Assembly (NCBI GenBank): GCA_038060895.1
Contig: JBBTCT010000009.1
Span: forward strand, 272,082 to 336,081
Source: Planctomycetota bacterium
Lineage (GTDB): Bacteria; Planctomycetota; MHYJ01; WSZJ01
Direction of reading: 5' to 3'
Length of the DNA stretch: 64,000 nt
Shown: positions 1 to 9,775 of the stretch, piece after piece
How the letters are laid out: each line of letters opens with the position of its first letter
Numbering within the stretch: the stretch's first letter is position 1
The notes under the pieces: generated by a model
Database searches by the model: none
What the model was told of the DNA's origin: nothing
What the model saw: only the letters and a program-made list of their open reading frames with translations
Program-made: the position numbers and the translations under genes

Positions 1-263
1 GCGGCGGCGGGGCCGAGAACATCGCCATGGGGAACGTCGAGGGAGAGCCGACGTTCCTGCAGTGGTACAACTCGAGCGGCCACCATCGCAACATGCTGGG
101 CGGCCACACGCAGATCGGCATCGGCCGTTCGAACAACTACTGGACCGAGAACTTCGGCTCCAGCGGACCCTCGATGAAGGACAAGACCTCCGACGCGGGC
201 GTCAAAGGTGCAAGTGTCGCGGGCGGTTCGACGGGCGGAGTGACCTGCGAAGACGGAAGGTAA
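1..263 (+). CDS. CAP/SCP-domain protein, C-terminal part (5' truncated by window edge)
   Basis: Frame is open from nt 3: GGGAENIAMG...WYNSSGHHRNML...IGIG...YWTENFG, matching the CAP motifs ENIA, W-x-x-S-x-GH-x-x-N and YWT-x-x-F. Confidence 0.8.
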   Translation, partial: GGGAENIAMGNVEGEPTFLQWYNSSGHHRNMLGGHTQIGIGRSNNYWTENFGSSGPSMKDKTSDAGVKGASVAGGSTGGVTCEDGR

Positions 264-378
264 AGTAAAAGTTCGGTAGAAGACGCTTGATTTCACCCCC
301 GGGCGGGGTTCACAATAGCGCAGGGCGATTCGCAGCCGGCCACTACGGACGGCCCGAATACGCTGCAAAAAAAAGGGA

Positions 379-2034
379 GTGCGGCGCATGACCAAGCAGA
401 GGCTCTTCCTCGGGGCGCTGGGCCTCGTCCTGGCCCTCGCGATCCCGCTCGCGGCCGGGCCGTCCGGCGCCGAGTGGGACCAGATGAAGAAGGACTTCTA
501 TCGCGACTTCGCCAACGCCGACATGGGCGTGAAGAAGTCCGCGCTGGAGCGCATCGCCGCGGTCAACACCGCCGATGCCGGCAAACTCCTGATCTCCGTG
601 TACGGCGCGATCAAGCGCGACACGGACGCCCAGGAAAAGAAGATCCAGGTGGAAATCGACGACCTGGAGAACACGCTGAAGTCGTTGCGCAAGAATCCCT
701 CCGCTCTTTCCGCGGGCGAGCAGGACCGGAAAGCGAAGCTGGAAGCGCAAGTGAAGGTGCAATCCGATGCCATCCAGAAGATCAAGAACGAGTCGAAAAA
801 CCTGCTGGACACGATTGCCGGAGCAATCGGGAAGTTCACCGATCCGGCAGCGGTCGCCGAACTGCGGGCCCTGGTCATCAACAAGAACTCGGACTGGGCC
901 GACCGGTACGCGGTTCTGTCCGGCCTCATCTCCGCCAAGTCGTCCGGCGTCGGCTCGATCTGCCTCGAAGCCGCGAAGGATTCGGACCCTCGGGTTCGCA
1001 TCCTCGCCCTCGATGCTCTTCTGAACCTGGACGAATGCAAGGCCGCCGAGTCGCTCTTCGTGACGGCCATCGAAGACCCCGCTCAGTGGCAGATCCGCCT
1101 CTGCGGCGTGTCGGGTGCCGAGAAGCTCCGCAGCAAGAACGGCATCGCCGCGATGATCCGCCAGCTCAAGAAGGAAGACGGTCGCCTTCGTGACGACATC
1201 TCCGGCGCGCTGAAGCGCATGATCGGGATGGATTTCGGCTACAACGCGCTGTCGTGGGAAGAGTGGTGGAAGACGAACGGCGACAAGTGGGACGGTAAGC
1301 CGATCGGCGGTGGCGCGACTGCAGGGAAGACTGAAAAGTCCCCCGGCGGCGCTCCGGGTGGAACCACGACCGAACCGCCGACGTTCTTCGGCCTCAAGAT
1401 CACTTCCAAGAAAATCGTCTTCGTCCTCGACGTCTCCGGCTCGATGCTCGACCCGAGCGCTCCGCCGGAAGGCGCTGACAAGCCGCCGCCGGTGGTCTCA
1501 GGCGGCGGGAACGGCCCGGCGCCGGCCCCGTGGGAGCCTGGCCTGAAGGGCGCGAAAATCGATGTCCTGAAGTACGAGTTCGAGAAGACGATGAACAAGC
1601 TGGAAGTCAAGACGACGTTCAACATCATCGTCTTCAGCGACAACCCGCTTCAGTGGAAGGACAAGATGCAGACGGCGACGCCGCCGATCAAGGCCGAGGC
1701 GATCGACTTCGTGAAGAAGCAGGCCGCCGCCGGCTCGACGAATACGGGCGACTCGCTCGAGAAGGCGTTCGAGCTCGCGGGGAACGGGTTGCACGACAAG
1801 TCATACGCCGCGCTCGTGGACACGATCTACCTCATGTCCGACGGGATGCCGTGCGCCGGCAAGTGGCCGACCCCGGACGAAGTCATCAAAAAGGTGCGGG
1901 AGTGGAACGTCCTCTCGAAGGTCATCATCAACACCGTCGGCATGGGCGACAAGGCCCTTGGCCCCGGCAACTTCAACGGGCAGTTCCTGCAGTCGCTTTC
2001 GCAGATGACGGGCGGGATTTTCGTGAAGCGGTAG
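379..2034 (+). CDS. Exported HEAT-repeat + von Willebrand factor A domain protein
   Basis: N-terminal signal peptide; HEAT-like repeats (DSDPRVRILALDAL, WQIRLCGV); vWA MIDAS DVSGSM, TNTGDSL, LMSDG. The start may be ATG 388. Confidence 0.8.
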   Translation: MRRMTKQRLFLGALGLVLALAIPLAAGPSGAEWDQMKKDFYRDFANADMGVKKSALERIAAVNTADAGKLLISVYGAIKRDTDAQEKKIQVEIDDLENTLKSLRKNPSALSAGEQDRKAKLEAQVKVQSDAIQKIKNESKNLLDTIAGAIGKFTDPAAVAELRALVINKNSDWADRYAVLSGLISAKSSGVGSICLEAAKDSDPRVRILALDALLNLDECKAAESLFVTAIEDPAQWQIRLCGVSGAEKLRSKNGIAAMIRQLKKEDGRLRDDISGALKRMIGMDFGYNALSWEEWWKTNGDKWDGKPIGGGATAGKTEKSPGGAPGGTTTEPPTFFGLKITSKKIVFVLDVSGSMLDPSAPPEGADKPPPVVSGGGNGPAPAPWEPGLKGAKIDVLKYEFEKTMNKLEVKTTFNIIVFSDNPLQWKDKMQTATPPIKAEAIDFVKKQAAAGSTNTGDSLEKAFELAGNGLHDKSYAALVDTIYLMSDGMPCAGKWPTPDEVIKKVREWNVLSKVIINTVGMGDKALGPGNFNGQFLQSLSQMTGGIFVKR

Positions 2035-2055
2035 TCTTGTACCCGGCAACACTGG

Positions 2056-2090
2056 GACCGGCCGCCTGCGAGGGCGGCCGGTTCTTTTTC
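2056..2090 (+). terminator. Intrinsic terminator
   Basis: GACCGGCCGCC / GGCGGCCGGTT hairpin followed by CTTTTT, just after the 2034 stop. Confidence 0.75.
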
Positions 2091-2151
2091 CGGGCGCGGA
2101 TCACCGCCCCGGGTATCTTGATGTCCCCGGCACTGGGAGCTTGTCTTCACC

Positions 2152-3684
2152 GTGAGTGACGCTGCCAAGCAGGTCAAGATCTCGCCCGACACCGTCGAGG
2201 GGTACACCCTTCAGCAGCCCCTTGGACAGGGCTCTACCGGCTCCGTATTCAAGGCGAAGCGGACGTCCGACGGAGCGATGTTCGCGATCAAGCTGATTTT
2301 CCCTGCGCTCTCGAAGAAATCCGACTTCAACGCCAAGTTCGTCCGCCTCGCGCAGATCGGCGGCAAGGTCGATCACCCGAACATCGTCAGGACGATCGCT
2401 TCAGGCATCTCCAACGGATTCCATTTCGTCGTCATGGAGCACGTCGAGGGCAAGACGCTCGAGAGCGTGCTTTCGCGCGGCGCGATGGACGAACAGCGCG
2501 CCCTCCAGATCGTCCTGTCGGTGGCCCGGGCGCTGAAGCACGCGCAGGATGCCGGCGTGGTGCACCGTGACGTCAAGCCCGCGAACATCCTGTTGCCGCG
2601 AGGCGGGGAAGCGAAGCTGGCGGACCTCGGGCTCGCCATCATGGCGACGAATCCGAAGCTGGTCGGGGGCGCGACAGGGACGCCGCACTACATGTCCCCG
2701 GAGGCTGCCCGCAGCGACGCCAATATCGACGTTCGCTCCGACATCTACAACCTCGGCGCCACGCTTCATCACATGCTCACGGGCCAGACACTGTTCACCT
2801 TCAACAACATCGCCGAGATCGTGGCCGGGCATCTCTCCGAGCAGCCCAAGGCCGCGAACAAGGTCAATGCGACCGTTTCGAAGGGTGCCTCGAAGCTCGT
2901 CCAGCGCATGACGGAGAAAAAAGCGCAGGACCGCCCCTGGCCTGCCGACGTGATCGGGTTCGCCGAGGCCCTCCTGCGCGGCGACAAGCCCTTCGAGTCG
3001 GTCGGCGGGCGTCCATCGCGAGCCAAGTCGCAGGAAGCCGAACCCCGGATTTCCAAGGATTCCCCGACGCCCGCGATGCCTCCACCCGCACTTCAGATAC
3101 CTCTTCCGAACCGCGTGAGCAACCCATACGAAGAGACGATTTCGACGCCGATGCCTTCGAGCGGGAAAGGGGCGCCCGGCCGCTCCCCGGCACCGCATCC
3201 TTCGCCCTATCCGCCGGCGCCGCCGGTGGCGCCGCCAGCGGCTCCAGGGCCGCCGCCCGGTCATCGGCACCCGAATACGGCCTATCCGACGCCTCCGGCG
3301 CAGCAGCCCGGGCAGGGGCCGCCGTCGTGGCCGCCGCAGCCCGCGCCGCCCCCGGGCCGCGCTCCGTCGGGTTATCCTTCGCCCTATCCCCCCGCGGCGC
3401 CCTATCCGCCGCCGTACCCGCCCCAGGGCTACCCGCCTCCTCCGTACGGGTATCCGCCGCAGGCGCCGCCGCCACAGGGCTACCCACCGCAGGGGTATCC
3501 CCCGCAAGGCTACCCGCCCCAGGGGTATCCGCCGCAGGGCTACCCGCCCCCTGCCGCCCCACCCGGCACGCCGGCGCAACCGCCACCCTCCCAGCCGCCC
3601 GCACCGCCGGCAGCGAAGCCTCCGAAAAAGGGGCCGCCCAAGGGAAAGCGGCATATCGGGCGGCGATGGGGCGACCTGATTTAG
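2152..3684 (+). CDS. Hanks-type Ser/Thr protein kinase with Pro/Gly/Tyr-rich tail
   Basis: GQGSTG loop, FAIK, HRDVKPAN, DLG, GTPHYMSPE, DIYNLG; no TM segment; C-terminal GYPPQ repeats. Confidence 0.92.
   Translation: MSDAAKQVKISPDTVEGYTLQQPLGQGSTGSVFKAKRTSDGAMFAIKLIFPALSKKSDFNAKFVRLAQIGGKVDHPNIVRTIASGISNGFHFVVMEHVEGKTLESVLSRGAMDEQRALQIVLSVARALKHAQDAGVVHRDVKPANILLPRGGEAKLADLGLAIMATNPKLVGGATGTPHYMSPEAARSDANIDVRSDIYNLGATLHHMLTGQTLFTFNNIAEIVAGHLSEQPKAANKVNATVSKGASKLVQRMTEKKAQDRPWPADVIGFAEALLRGDKPFESVGGRPSRAKSQEAEPRISKDSPTPAMPPPALQIPLPNRVSNPYEETISTPMPSSGKGAPGRSPAPHPSPYPPAPPVAPPAAPGPPPGHRHPNTAYPTPPAQQPGQGPPSWPPQPAPPPGRAPSGYPSPYPPAAPYPPPYPPQGYPPPPYGYPPQAPPPQGYPPQGYPPQGYPPQGYPPQGYPPPAAPPGTPAQPPPSQPPAPPAAKPPKKGPPKGKRHIGRRWGDLI
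3472..3549 (+). repeat. 15-nt tandem repeat encoding (PQGYP)n
   Basis: About 5 copies with synonymous variation (ggctac/gggtat, cag/caa). Confidence 0.85.
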
Positions 3685-3704
3685 GGCGAACGGGCGAGCG
3701 TCAG

Positions 3705-3738
3705 AAAAAACGGCCTTCCGAAACTCGGAGGCCGTTTT
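3705..3738. terminator. Bidirectional intrinsic terminator
   Basis: AAAAAACGGCCTTCCG-aaact-CGGAGGCCGTTTT between convergent genes. Confidence 0.8.
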
Positions 3739-3764
3739 GTCGTTTGCCCGCCTGCCCGCCCTCC

Positions 3765-5900
3765 CTACTTAGCGTCGAACGAATGCGCGAAGGGCTTGTA
3801 CTCCGCAACCGTGTCCGCTTCGACCTTCGCCTTTTTCAGCACTTCGATCACGGCACGCTGGGCCTGCGTGTCGGCATTCAGGTCCACCAGGAATTCACGC
3901 TTCCGGTCGTCCGCGACCCGTTTGCGGACGAGCTGCCGCACCAGCTGGGCGATTTCTGCCGCCTCCGCCTTTGATTTCAGCGTCGAGATAAGGCCCGGGA
4001 AGAGCGGGTAGGCACTCGGGTCCGCCACCGTCTCGTCCGCGAGCCTGGTAAACAGGTCCTTGTTCTCGTCGTAGTTCGCGGTGAGGTAGTCCTCCAGCTT
4101 TCCCGAATCCAGAATCTTCGCGAATTCAAATTCCTTCCAGAGATCCCGCTCCGGCAGCTTCACCATGATTTCCGGGATGACTCCGCCCTCGGCCTTCTCA
4201 TCAACCTTGCCGTAACGGTCGCGCTCGATGTGGATCGACCGTCCGCTGGGAAGGTAGTACTTCGCGAACGTGTACTTGAAGGCCGTGTTCTTGTCCGTCT
4301 TCAGCCCCTGGATCCGCTGCACGGAGCCTTTGCCGTAGCTGCGCTCGCCGAGCGTGACGGAGATTTCGAAATCCTGAAGCGCGCCCGACATGATTTCCGC
4401 CGCGCTCGCGCTTCCCTCGTTGATCAGCACCGCAACCGGCAGGTTGAACGAGTCTTCACCCGTGCTCTTGAGCTCGTCGAGGATTTTCCCGTCGCGGTCC
4501 TTCGTCGTGCAGATGACTTTCCCTGCGGGGACAAAGCGGTCCACCATTTTCACGACTTCGCCGAGCAGACCGCCGGGGTTGTTCCGGAGATCGATGATGA
4601 GCGCGATGGCGCCGTCCTTGGTGAGCTGGTCCATCGCCGCGCGCATTTCAGTGTTGGTGTCGCCGCCGAAGGAATTGATCTGGATGAAGCCGACCTTGCC
4701 CGGAAGCATCTCGGAGGGAGCGGTGCGGATCGTGATCTGCTCGCGGCCCAGCGTGAACTCGCGGGGCTCGGCCCATCCGCGGCGGACCACCTTGAAGCGG
4801 ACGTTCGTCCCCGGCTCGCCCTTGAGGCGCGACACGCAGTCTTCCAGCGGCAGCTTGTACGTCGATTTCCCCTCGATCTCGACGATGCGGTCGAGCGAAC
4901 GCAGCCCGGCACGGTAGGCCGGCCCGCTGTACACCGGCCGTTCGATCGTGAGCCAGTCGTCCCGGCCCGAAACGTGGGCTCCGACTCCTCCGTACTTCTT
5001 GTTGATCCCCTCCGTCAGCTCCCTGAGGTCCTTCTCGCTCAGGTACACGCTGTACGGGTCCAGAGTTTCCGCAATCCCGCGAGCAGCGCCCTCGATCAGC
5101 GCCTTCCTGTCCGCCTTCGTCTTGTCGACGTAGCTTCCCTCGATGAGCTTGATCATCTCGTCGAGAAGCGCGTACTCGCCTCCGCCGGCCGCGGGGCCCA
5201 CGACCTTGCGAGCGACGCTGTCAACCAGCTCCTTGTGCTTGATGTGCAGGCGGGCCAGCGCTCCCTTTTCACCCGGCTCCGAGGCCATCTGCTTCAGGAT
5301 CGGAAGAGCTGAATCGAAGTCCTCGAGATCCGCGAGCGCGAGCGCCGCTTCCTTGCGAACCTCCCCATCTTTCGCCTTCAGGAGCTTTTTCAGTTCGTCG
5401 AAGGCGCGGATGCTGTTCGAGATGCGGAAGAGCGCGCGGGAGAGGGCGATGATGAACCGCTGGTCGTCTGCGTTGTCGATCGCTTCGTCGATGACGCTCC
5501 CGATTTCCTTGCGGTCGCCGATGTTCGTGTCGGTGCGCGTCAGGTCGGCGAGGAGATCCGCCGAAGTCCGCCGGACGTCCTTCTCTTTTTCGCCGAGGAG
5601 CGACACGAGCGCCGCCACGGCTTCTTTCTTCTCTCCGCAGCGGTACAGCGCCTTGGCCACGCCCATGCGGACTTTCGCTTCCGGCGCTTTCAACGCCTCG
5701 GTCAACGGACCGACGGCCTCCGGCCCGAGCTGCTCCATCTCAGAAACCAGCCGCCAGAACTCGTGGCCTTTCGCCGACGGCAGCTGGTCCACCCTCGACT
5801 TGACTTCCTCGGCGGTGTCCGCGGAGGCGTTCCCGGCAAAGACGACCAGGAGGGCCGAAAGGGCGACGGACGAGAGCAGACATGCGCGCAACCTGGTCAT
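3765..5900 (-). CDS. S41 family carboxyl-terminal protease with N-terminal HEAT repeats and PDZ domain
   Basis: Signal peptide; HEAT repeats; LDPYSVY, YGGVG (PDZ), DLRNNPGG, SASAAE (catalytic Ser), GKGSVQ (catalytic Lys). Confidence 0.92.
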   Translation of the reverse strand: MTRLRACLLSSVALSALLVVFAGNASADTAEEVKSRVDQLPSAKGHEFWRLVSEMEQLGPEAVGPLTEALKAPEAKVRMGVAKALYRCGEKKEAVAALVSLLGEKEKDVRRTSADLLADLTRTDTNIGDRKEIGSVIDEAIDNADDQRFIIALSRALFRISNSIRAFDELKKLLKAKDGEVRKEAALALADLEDFDSALPILKQMASEPGEKGALARLHIKHKELVDSVARKVVGPAAGGGEYALLDEMIKLIEGSYVDKTKADRKALIEGAARGIAETLDPYSVYLSEKDLRELTEGINKKYGGVGAHVSGRDDWLTIERPVYSGPAYRAGLRSLDRIVEIEGKSTYKLPLEDCVSRLKGEPGTNVRFKVVRRGWAEPREFTLGREQITIRTAPSEMLPGKVGFIQINSFGGDTNTEMRAAMDQLTKDGAIALIIDLRNNPGGLLGEVVKMVDRFVPAGKVICTTKDRDGKILDELKSTGEDSFNLPVAVLINEGSASAAEIMSGALQDFEISVTLGERSYGKGSVQRIQGLKTDKNTAFKYTFAKYYLPSGRSIHIERDRYGKVDEKAEGGVIPEIMVKLPERDLWKEFEFAKILDSGKLEDYLTANYDENKDLFTRLADETVADPSAYPLFPGLISTLKSKAEAAEIAQLVRQLVRKRVADDRKREFLVDLNADTQAQRAVIEVLKKAKVEADTVAEYKPFAHSFDAK

Positions 5901-6094
5901 GAGATCTCCTGAAGTCCCCCGGGGTGTCTGAAGGCGGGAAAGGCGTCGTTCGCCGGGAAAGTATACGGGAAGAAGGGCGGTGCCGTGAGGTTCGGAGGGT
6001 GGCCCTATTCGACGGGGAAGGCCCTTTTGACGCCGCGGACGTCCCGTTGGTTCCCCGGCTTGTCGGGGCGTCGCGCCGCGGCTACCTTGGACGC

Positions 6095-6958
6095 GTGCGC
6101 AAGATCCTCGTCCTGCTGGAGATGATCAAGATCCAGCACTCGCTGTTCGCGCTGCCGTTCGCGGCGGCGGCGGCGATCGTCGCGGCGGAAGGGAAGTGGC
6201 TGCCGCGGGAGTACGGGCTGATCCTGGCGGCGATGGTGACGGCGCGGGCGGCGGCGATGGCGTTCAACCGCTGGGCGGATGCCGGGATCGACGCGGAGAA
6301 TCCGCGGACGGTGGGGCGGGCGATCCCGAAAGGAGACGTCTCGCGCGGGGGGGCGATGCTCTTTACGGTCGTCTGTTCCGCCGCGTTCATCGGGTCCGCG
6401 GCGCTGCTGAACCGGCTGACGCTGATGCTCTCGCCGGTCGCGCTCGTCATCATCCTGTTCTACAGCTTCACGAAACGATTCACGGCCCTGTGCCACTTCT
6501 TCCTCGGACTCTCCCTCGCCATCGCCCCGGTCGGCGCGTGGCTGGCGATCCGGCCCGGGTGGGATCCGCTTCCGTGGCTTCTCGGAGCGGGCGTGCTGCT
6601 CTGGACTTCCGGTTTCGACATTCTGTACGCGTGCATGGATGTGGAGTTCGACAGGCGGAAGGGACTCCATTCCGTTCCCGTGGCGCTCGGGGTGCCGGGG
6701 GCGCTCCGTGTTGCGGCGGTGCTGCACGCGCTGACTCTCGTTGCGTTTGCGGCGCCGATTTTCGTGTGCGGTTTCGGCGCCTGGTATGGCGTGGGTCTGG
6801 GCGCGATCGCCCTGCTTCTCGCGTACGAGCACCTCATCGTGCGCCCCGACGACCTCGCCCGCGTGAATCGGGCGTTCTTCCACGTCAATGCGGTGGTCAG
6901 CTTCGGGATGATGGCGGCGGTGCTGGCGGACTACTTCGTCCGCGGCTCGCGCCTGTAG
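6095..6958 (+). CDS. UbiA-family prenyltransferase (MqnP-like)
   Basis: MIKIQHSLFALPF, NRWADAGIDAENPRT, YSFTKRFT, FDILYACMD. Start set at GTG 6095; the ORF track starts at 5924. Confidence 0.88.
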   Translation: MRKILVLLEMIKIQHSLFALPFAAAAAIVAAEGKWLPREYGLILAAMVTARAAAMAFNRWADAGIDAENPRTVGRAIPKGDVSRGGAMLFTVVCSAAFIGSAALLNRLTLMLSPVALVIILFYSFTKRFTALCHFFLGLSLAIAPVGAWLAIRPGWDPLPWLLGAGVLLWTSGFDILYACMDVEFDRRKGLHSVPVALGVPGALRVAAVLHALTLVAFAAPIFVCGFGAWYGVGLGAIALLLAYEHLIVRPDDLARVNRAFFHVNAVVSFGMMAAVLADYFVRGSRL

Positions 6959-7143
6959 ACGATCTTGACGACCTTTCCGTCGGCGTCGAGCAGGGCCATT
7001 TCGAGGTCGGGGATGCGGGAGTACTGGGTGCGGAGGAAGGCGGCGACCTTGCCCTTGATGAGCTGCGTCGAACAGTCGAGGGCTTCCGCGAGGTCGAAGA
7101 ACCAGGTGCGGTGAAGGATGTGGGACGTGAGGCGGATGCGCAT
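6931..7143 (-). CDS. Small hypothetical protein (70 aa)
   Basis: ATG 7143 preceded by a G-rich RBS; GC3-biased codons; fills the gap between ubiA and the U32 gene and overlaps the ubiA 3' end. Confidence 0.5.
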   Translation of the reverse strand: MRIRLTSHILHRTWFFDLAEALDCSTQLIKGKVAAFLRTQYSRIPDLEMALLDADGKVVKIVYRREPRTK

Positions 7144-7297
7144 GTCGTTCCCCCCGAGGCGTGAGCCGGAGCGTACCATATGATTTGAAAGCATTTCAAG
7201 CGCTTAATGATATTGCTGCATTTGAGCGATTCGGTCGGAGCGGCGCGGTCCCCGGCCGCCTGTTCCCAACGGGCAGGACAGGGCTTACCCTTCGCCC

Positions 7298-9772
7298 ATG
7301 CCCGGCCTTTCCAAGCCCGAACTTCTCTCGCCCGCCGGCGACTTCGACTGCCTCAAGGCCGCCGTCGAAAACGGCGCCGACGCCGTCTACTTCGGCCTCG
7401 CCAGGTTCAGCGCCCGCGCCCGGGCCCACAACTTCGCCGTCGAGGACCTCCCCGGCACCATTCGCTTCCTCCACGAACGCGGCGTCCGCGGTTACGTCGC
7501 TTTCAACACGCTCATTTTCAGCGGCGAGTTGCCGGAGGCCGAGGAGATGCTCCGGGCGATCGCAGCCGCAGGCGCCGACGCCGTCATCGTGCAGGACATC
7601 GGGGTCGCGCGACTCGCGCGCGAGATTTCACCCACGCTCGAGATCCACGCCTCGACCCAGATGACCGTGACGTCCGCCGAGTCGCTCCGCTTCGCCCAGT
7701 CCGCCGGCGCCAGCCGCGCCATCCTCGCCCGCGAACTGTCCGTGGACGACATCGCGAAGATCCGCGCTTCCTGCGACCTCCCCGTCGAGGTCTTCGTGCA
7801 CGGCGCCCTCTGCGTCGCCTACTCCGGGCAGTGCCTCACCAGCGAGGCCCTCGGCGGCCGCTCCGCCAACCGCGGCGCCTGCGCCCAGGCGTGCCGCCTC
7901 CCGTACGACCTCGTCGTGGACGGGGAAGTCCACGGCGGCGACGACGTGAAGTACCTCATTTCGCCGCAGGATCTGGCCGCCTACGAGGTCCTTCCGCGCC
8001 TCGTCGAAATCGGCGTCGCCTCACTCAAGATCGAAGGCCGCCTCAAGACCCCCGAATACGTCGCCAACGTCACCCGTTTCTACCGCGAACAGATCGACAA
8101 GGTCTGCGCCGGCCTTCCGGCGACGCCGTCACGCGAGCGCGTGCGCGAGCTCGAGCTGTCGTTCTCGCGCGGATTCTCAAACGGATTCCTGGCCGGCACC
8201 AATCACCAGGAACTGGTCCGGGGGCGTTCGCCGAAGAAGCGCGGGATTTTTCTGGGGACGGTGGAAGCGGTCTCGCGGGGGCGAGTGAAGCTGCTGACGG
8301 CCGCACCGGTGAAGCCCGGCGACGGCATCGTTTTCGACCAGGGGCATCCGGAGCAAGAGGAGACGGGCGGCCGGGTGTACGAGGTCTTTGTCGAGGGGCG
8401 CAAGGCCGGTGAAGTCCAGGGCGGGCGTCTCGAGTTGGCGTTTGCGCGCGGGCTCGACCTCTCGCCGGTGAGGACGGGGGACCGCGTCTGGAAAACGGAT
8501 GATCCGGCGTTGGCGAAGAAGTGGGCGGAGACGTGGCAGGGGGAGGCTCCGAAGCGGCACTCGCCGGTCGATATTTTTATTTCGGGGCGGACAGGCGAGC
8601 CGCTTGCGACTGTGATGAGAGACGAGGCCGGACACGAAGCTTCGGCCCGCACCCCGTGCCCCCTGGAACCCGCGCTGAAGCGCCCGCTGGACGAGGCCAC
8701 GCTCAGGGCGCAGCTGGGGCGCCTCGGTGGGACTTCGTTCGAATTGAGATCGATTGAGAACCGCCTCGAAGGCCCGGTCATCGTCCCGCTCTCCGCGCTC
8801 AATGCACTCCGCCGCGACCTGGTCGAGCGGCTGGAGGCGCTTCGGAGGGACTCGGTTCGCCACACGCTCGCCGCCGCGCCGGTTCTGCCGCGTCTGCGCG
8901 CCTCGATCCCGCGAGAGGGGGGAACCGGCGCCCTCGAACTCTCCACACTCGCGAGGACGCAGGAACAGTCCGCCGCCCTTGCTCCCCTGGGGGGCCGGCT
9001 CACGCTGGACTACGAAGACCCTGCGAAATACCTGGAGGCGGTCCCGCGCCTCCGCGTCGCCGGCGCTTCTATCTGGCTCGCGACACCGCGCATCCAGAAA
9101 CCGGGAGAGGAGATCCGCGTCTTCGGCAACATCCTGAAAGCGGCGCCGGACGGAGTGCTTGCGCGCAATCCGGGAGCGATCGACTGGTTCCAGAAGCAGG
9201 CGCCCGGCCTGCCGCTCGCGGCCGACTTTTCGCTTAACTGCGCGAATGAGCTGACGGCGGACGCGCTCATGAAACTTGGCCTCGAGTTCCTCACCCCCGC
9301 CTATGACTGCGACTTCACCCAGCTCTCCGACCTGGCCCGGGCCGTCCCGCCCCGGTGGCTCGAGGCGGTGATCCACCAGCACATGCCGATGTTCCACAAC
9401 GAGCACTGCGTCTTCGCCGCCCGCCTTTCGAACGGCCGCGACTGGACCGAATGCGGCCGCCCGTGCGATACGCACAAGGTCGCGCTTCGCGATCGCGTCG
9501 GATACGAACACCCCGTCAAGGCCGACGTCGGCTGCCGCAACACGGTCTTCAACGCCGTTCCCCAGTCGGCGGGCGAATTCCTCGCGGACATGCGGCAGCT
9601 CGGGTTTTCGAAATTCCGGGTCGAGTTCCTGGAGGAAGGCGCCATGGAAGCGCTCTCGATCCGGGCAGCGTATCTCGAAGCGCTCGAAGGCCGCGCCGAC
9701 GGCGCCGCGCTCTGGCGCCGTTTCAATTCTTCGCGTCACTTCGGCGTGACGCGCGGCCCGCTGGGGATGTAG
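7298..9772 (+). CDS. Peptidase U32 family Fe-S protein (RlhA-like RNA hydroxylation protein)
   Basis: PELLSPAG, GADAVYFG, HASTQM, VHGALCVAYSGQC...NRGACAQACR Cys cluster, SLKIEGR; the 824-aa length fits the long RlhA type. Confidence 0.85.
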   Translation: MPGLSKPELLSPAGDFDCLKAAVENGADAVYFGLARFSARARAHNFAVEDLPGTIRFLHERGVRGYVAFNTLIFSGELPEAEEMLRAIAAAGADAVIVQDIGVARLAREISPTLEIHASTQMTVTSAESLRFAQSAGASRAILARELSVDDIAKIRASCDLPVEVFVHGALCVAYSGQCLTSEALGGRSANRGACAQACRLPYDLVVDGEVHGGDDVKYLISPQDLAAYEVLPRLVEIGVASLKIEGRLKTPEYVANVTRFYREQIDKVCAGLPATPSRERVRELELSFSRGFSNGFLAGTNHQELVRGRSPKKRGIFLGTVEAVSRGRVKLLTAAPVKPGDGIVFDQGHPEQEETGGRVYEVFVEGRKAGEVQGGRLELAFARGLDLSPVRTGDRVWKTDDPALAKKWAETWQGEAPKRHSPVDIFISGRTGEPLATVMRDEAGHEASARTPCPLEPALKRPLDEATLRAQLGRLGGTSFELRSIENRLEGPVIVPLSALNALRRDLVERLEALRRDSVRHTLAAAPVLPRLRASIPREGGTGALELSTLARTQEQSAALAPLGGRLTLDYEDPAKYLEAVPRLRVAGASIWLATPRIQKPGEEIRVFGNILKAAPDGVLARNPGAIDWFQKQAPGLPLAADFSLNCANELTADALMKLGLEFLTPAYDCDFTQLSDLARAVPPRWLEAVIHQHMPMFHNEHCVFAARLSNGRDWTECGRPCDTHKVALRDRVGYEHPVKADVGCRNTVFNAVPQSAGEFLADMRQLGFSKFRVEFLEEGAMEALSIRAAYLEALEGRADGAALWRRFNSSRHFGVTRGPLGM

Positions 9773-9775
9773 GCG

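Noticed and set aside
287-316. Possible sigma70 promoter TTGATT-N18-CACAAT
   Set aside because: Plausible but weak; it cannot be distinguished from chance without transcript data.
3427-3549. Tandem repeat as a possible CRISPR or VNTR
   Set aside because: It has no spacers, a 15-nt in-frame period with synonymous changes inside the kinase CDS, and no cas genes.
6095-9772. ubiA next to a U32 gene as an O2-independent ubiquinone (UbiU/UbiV) module
   Set aside because: The U32 protein is a single 824-aa RlhA-type protein rather than the short UbiU/UbiV pair, the prenyltransferase looks MqnP-like, and an opposite-strand ORF separates them.
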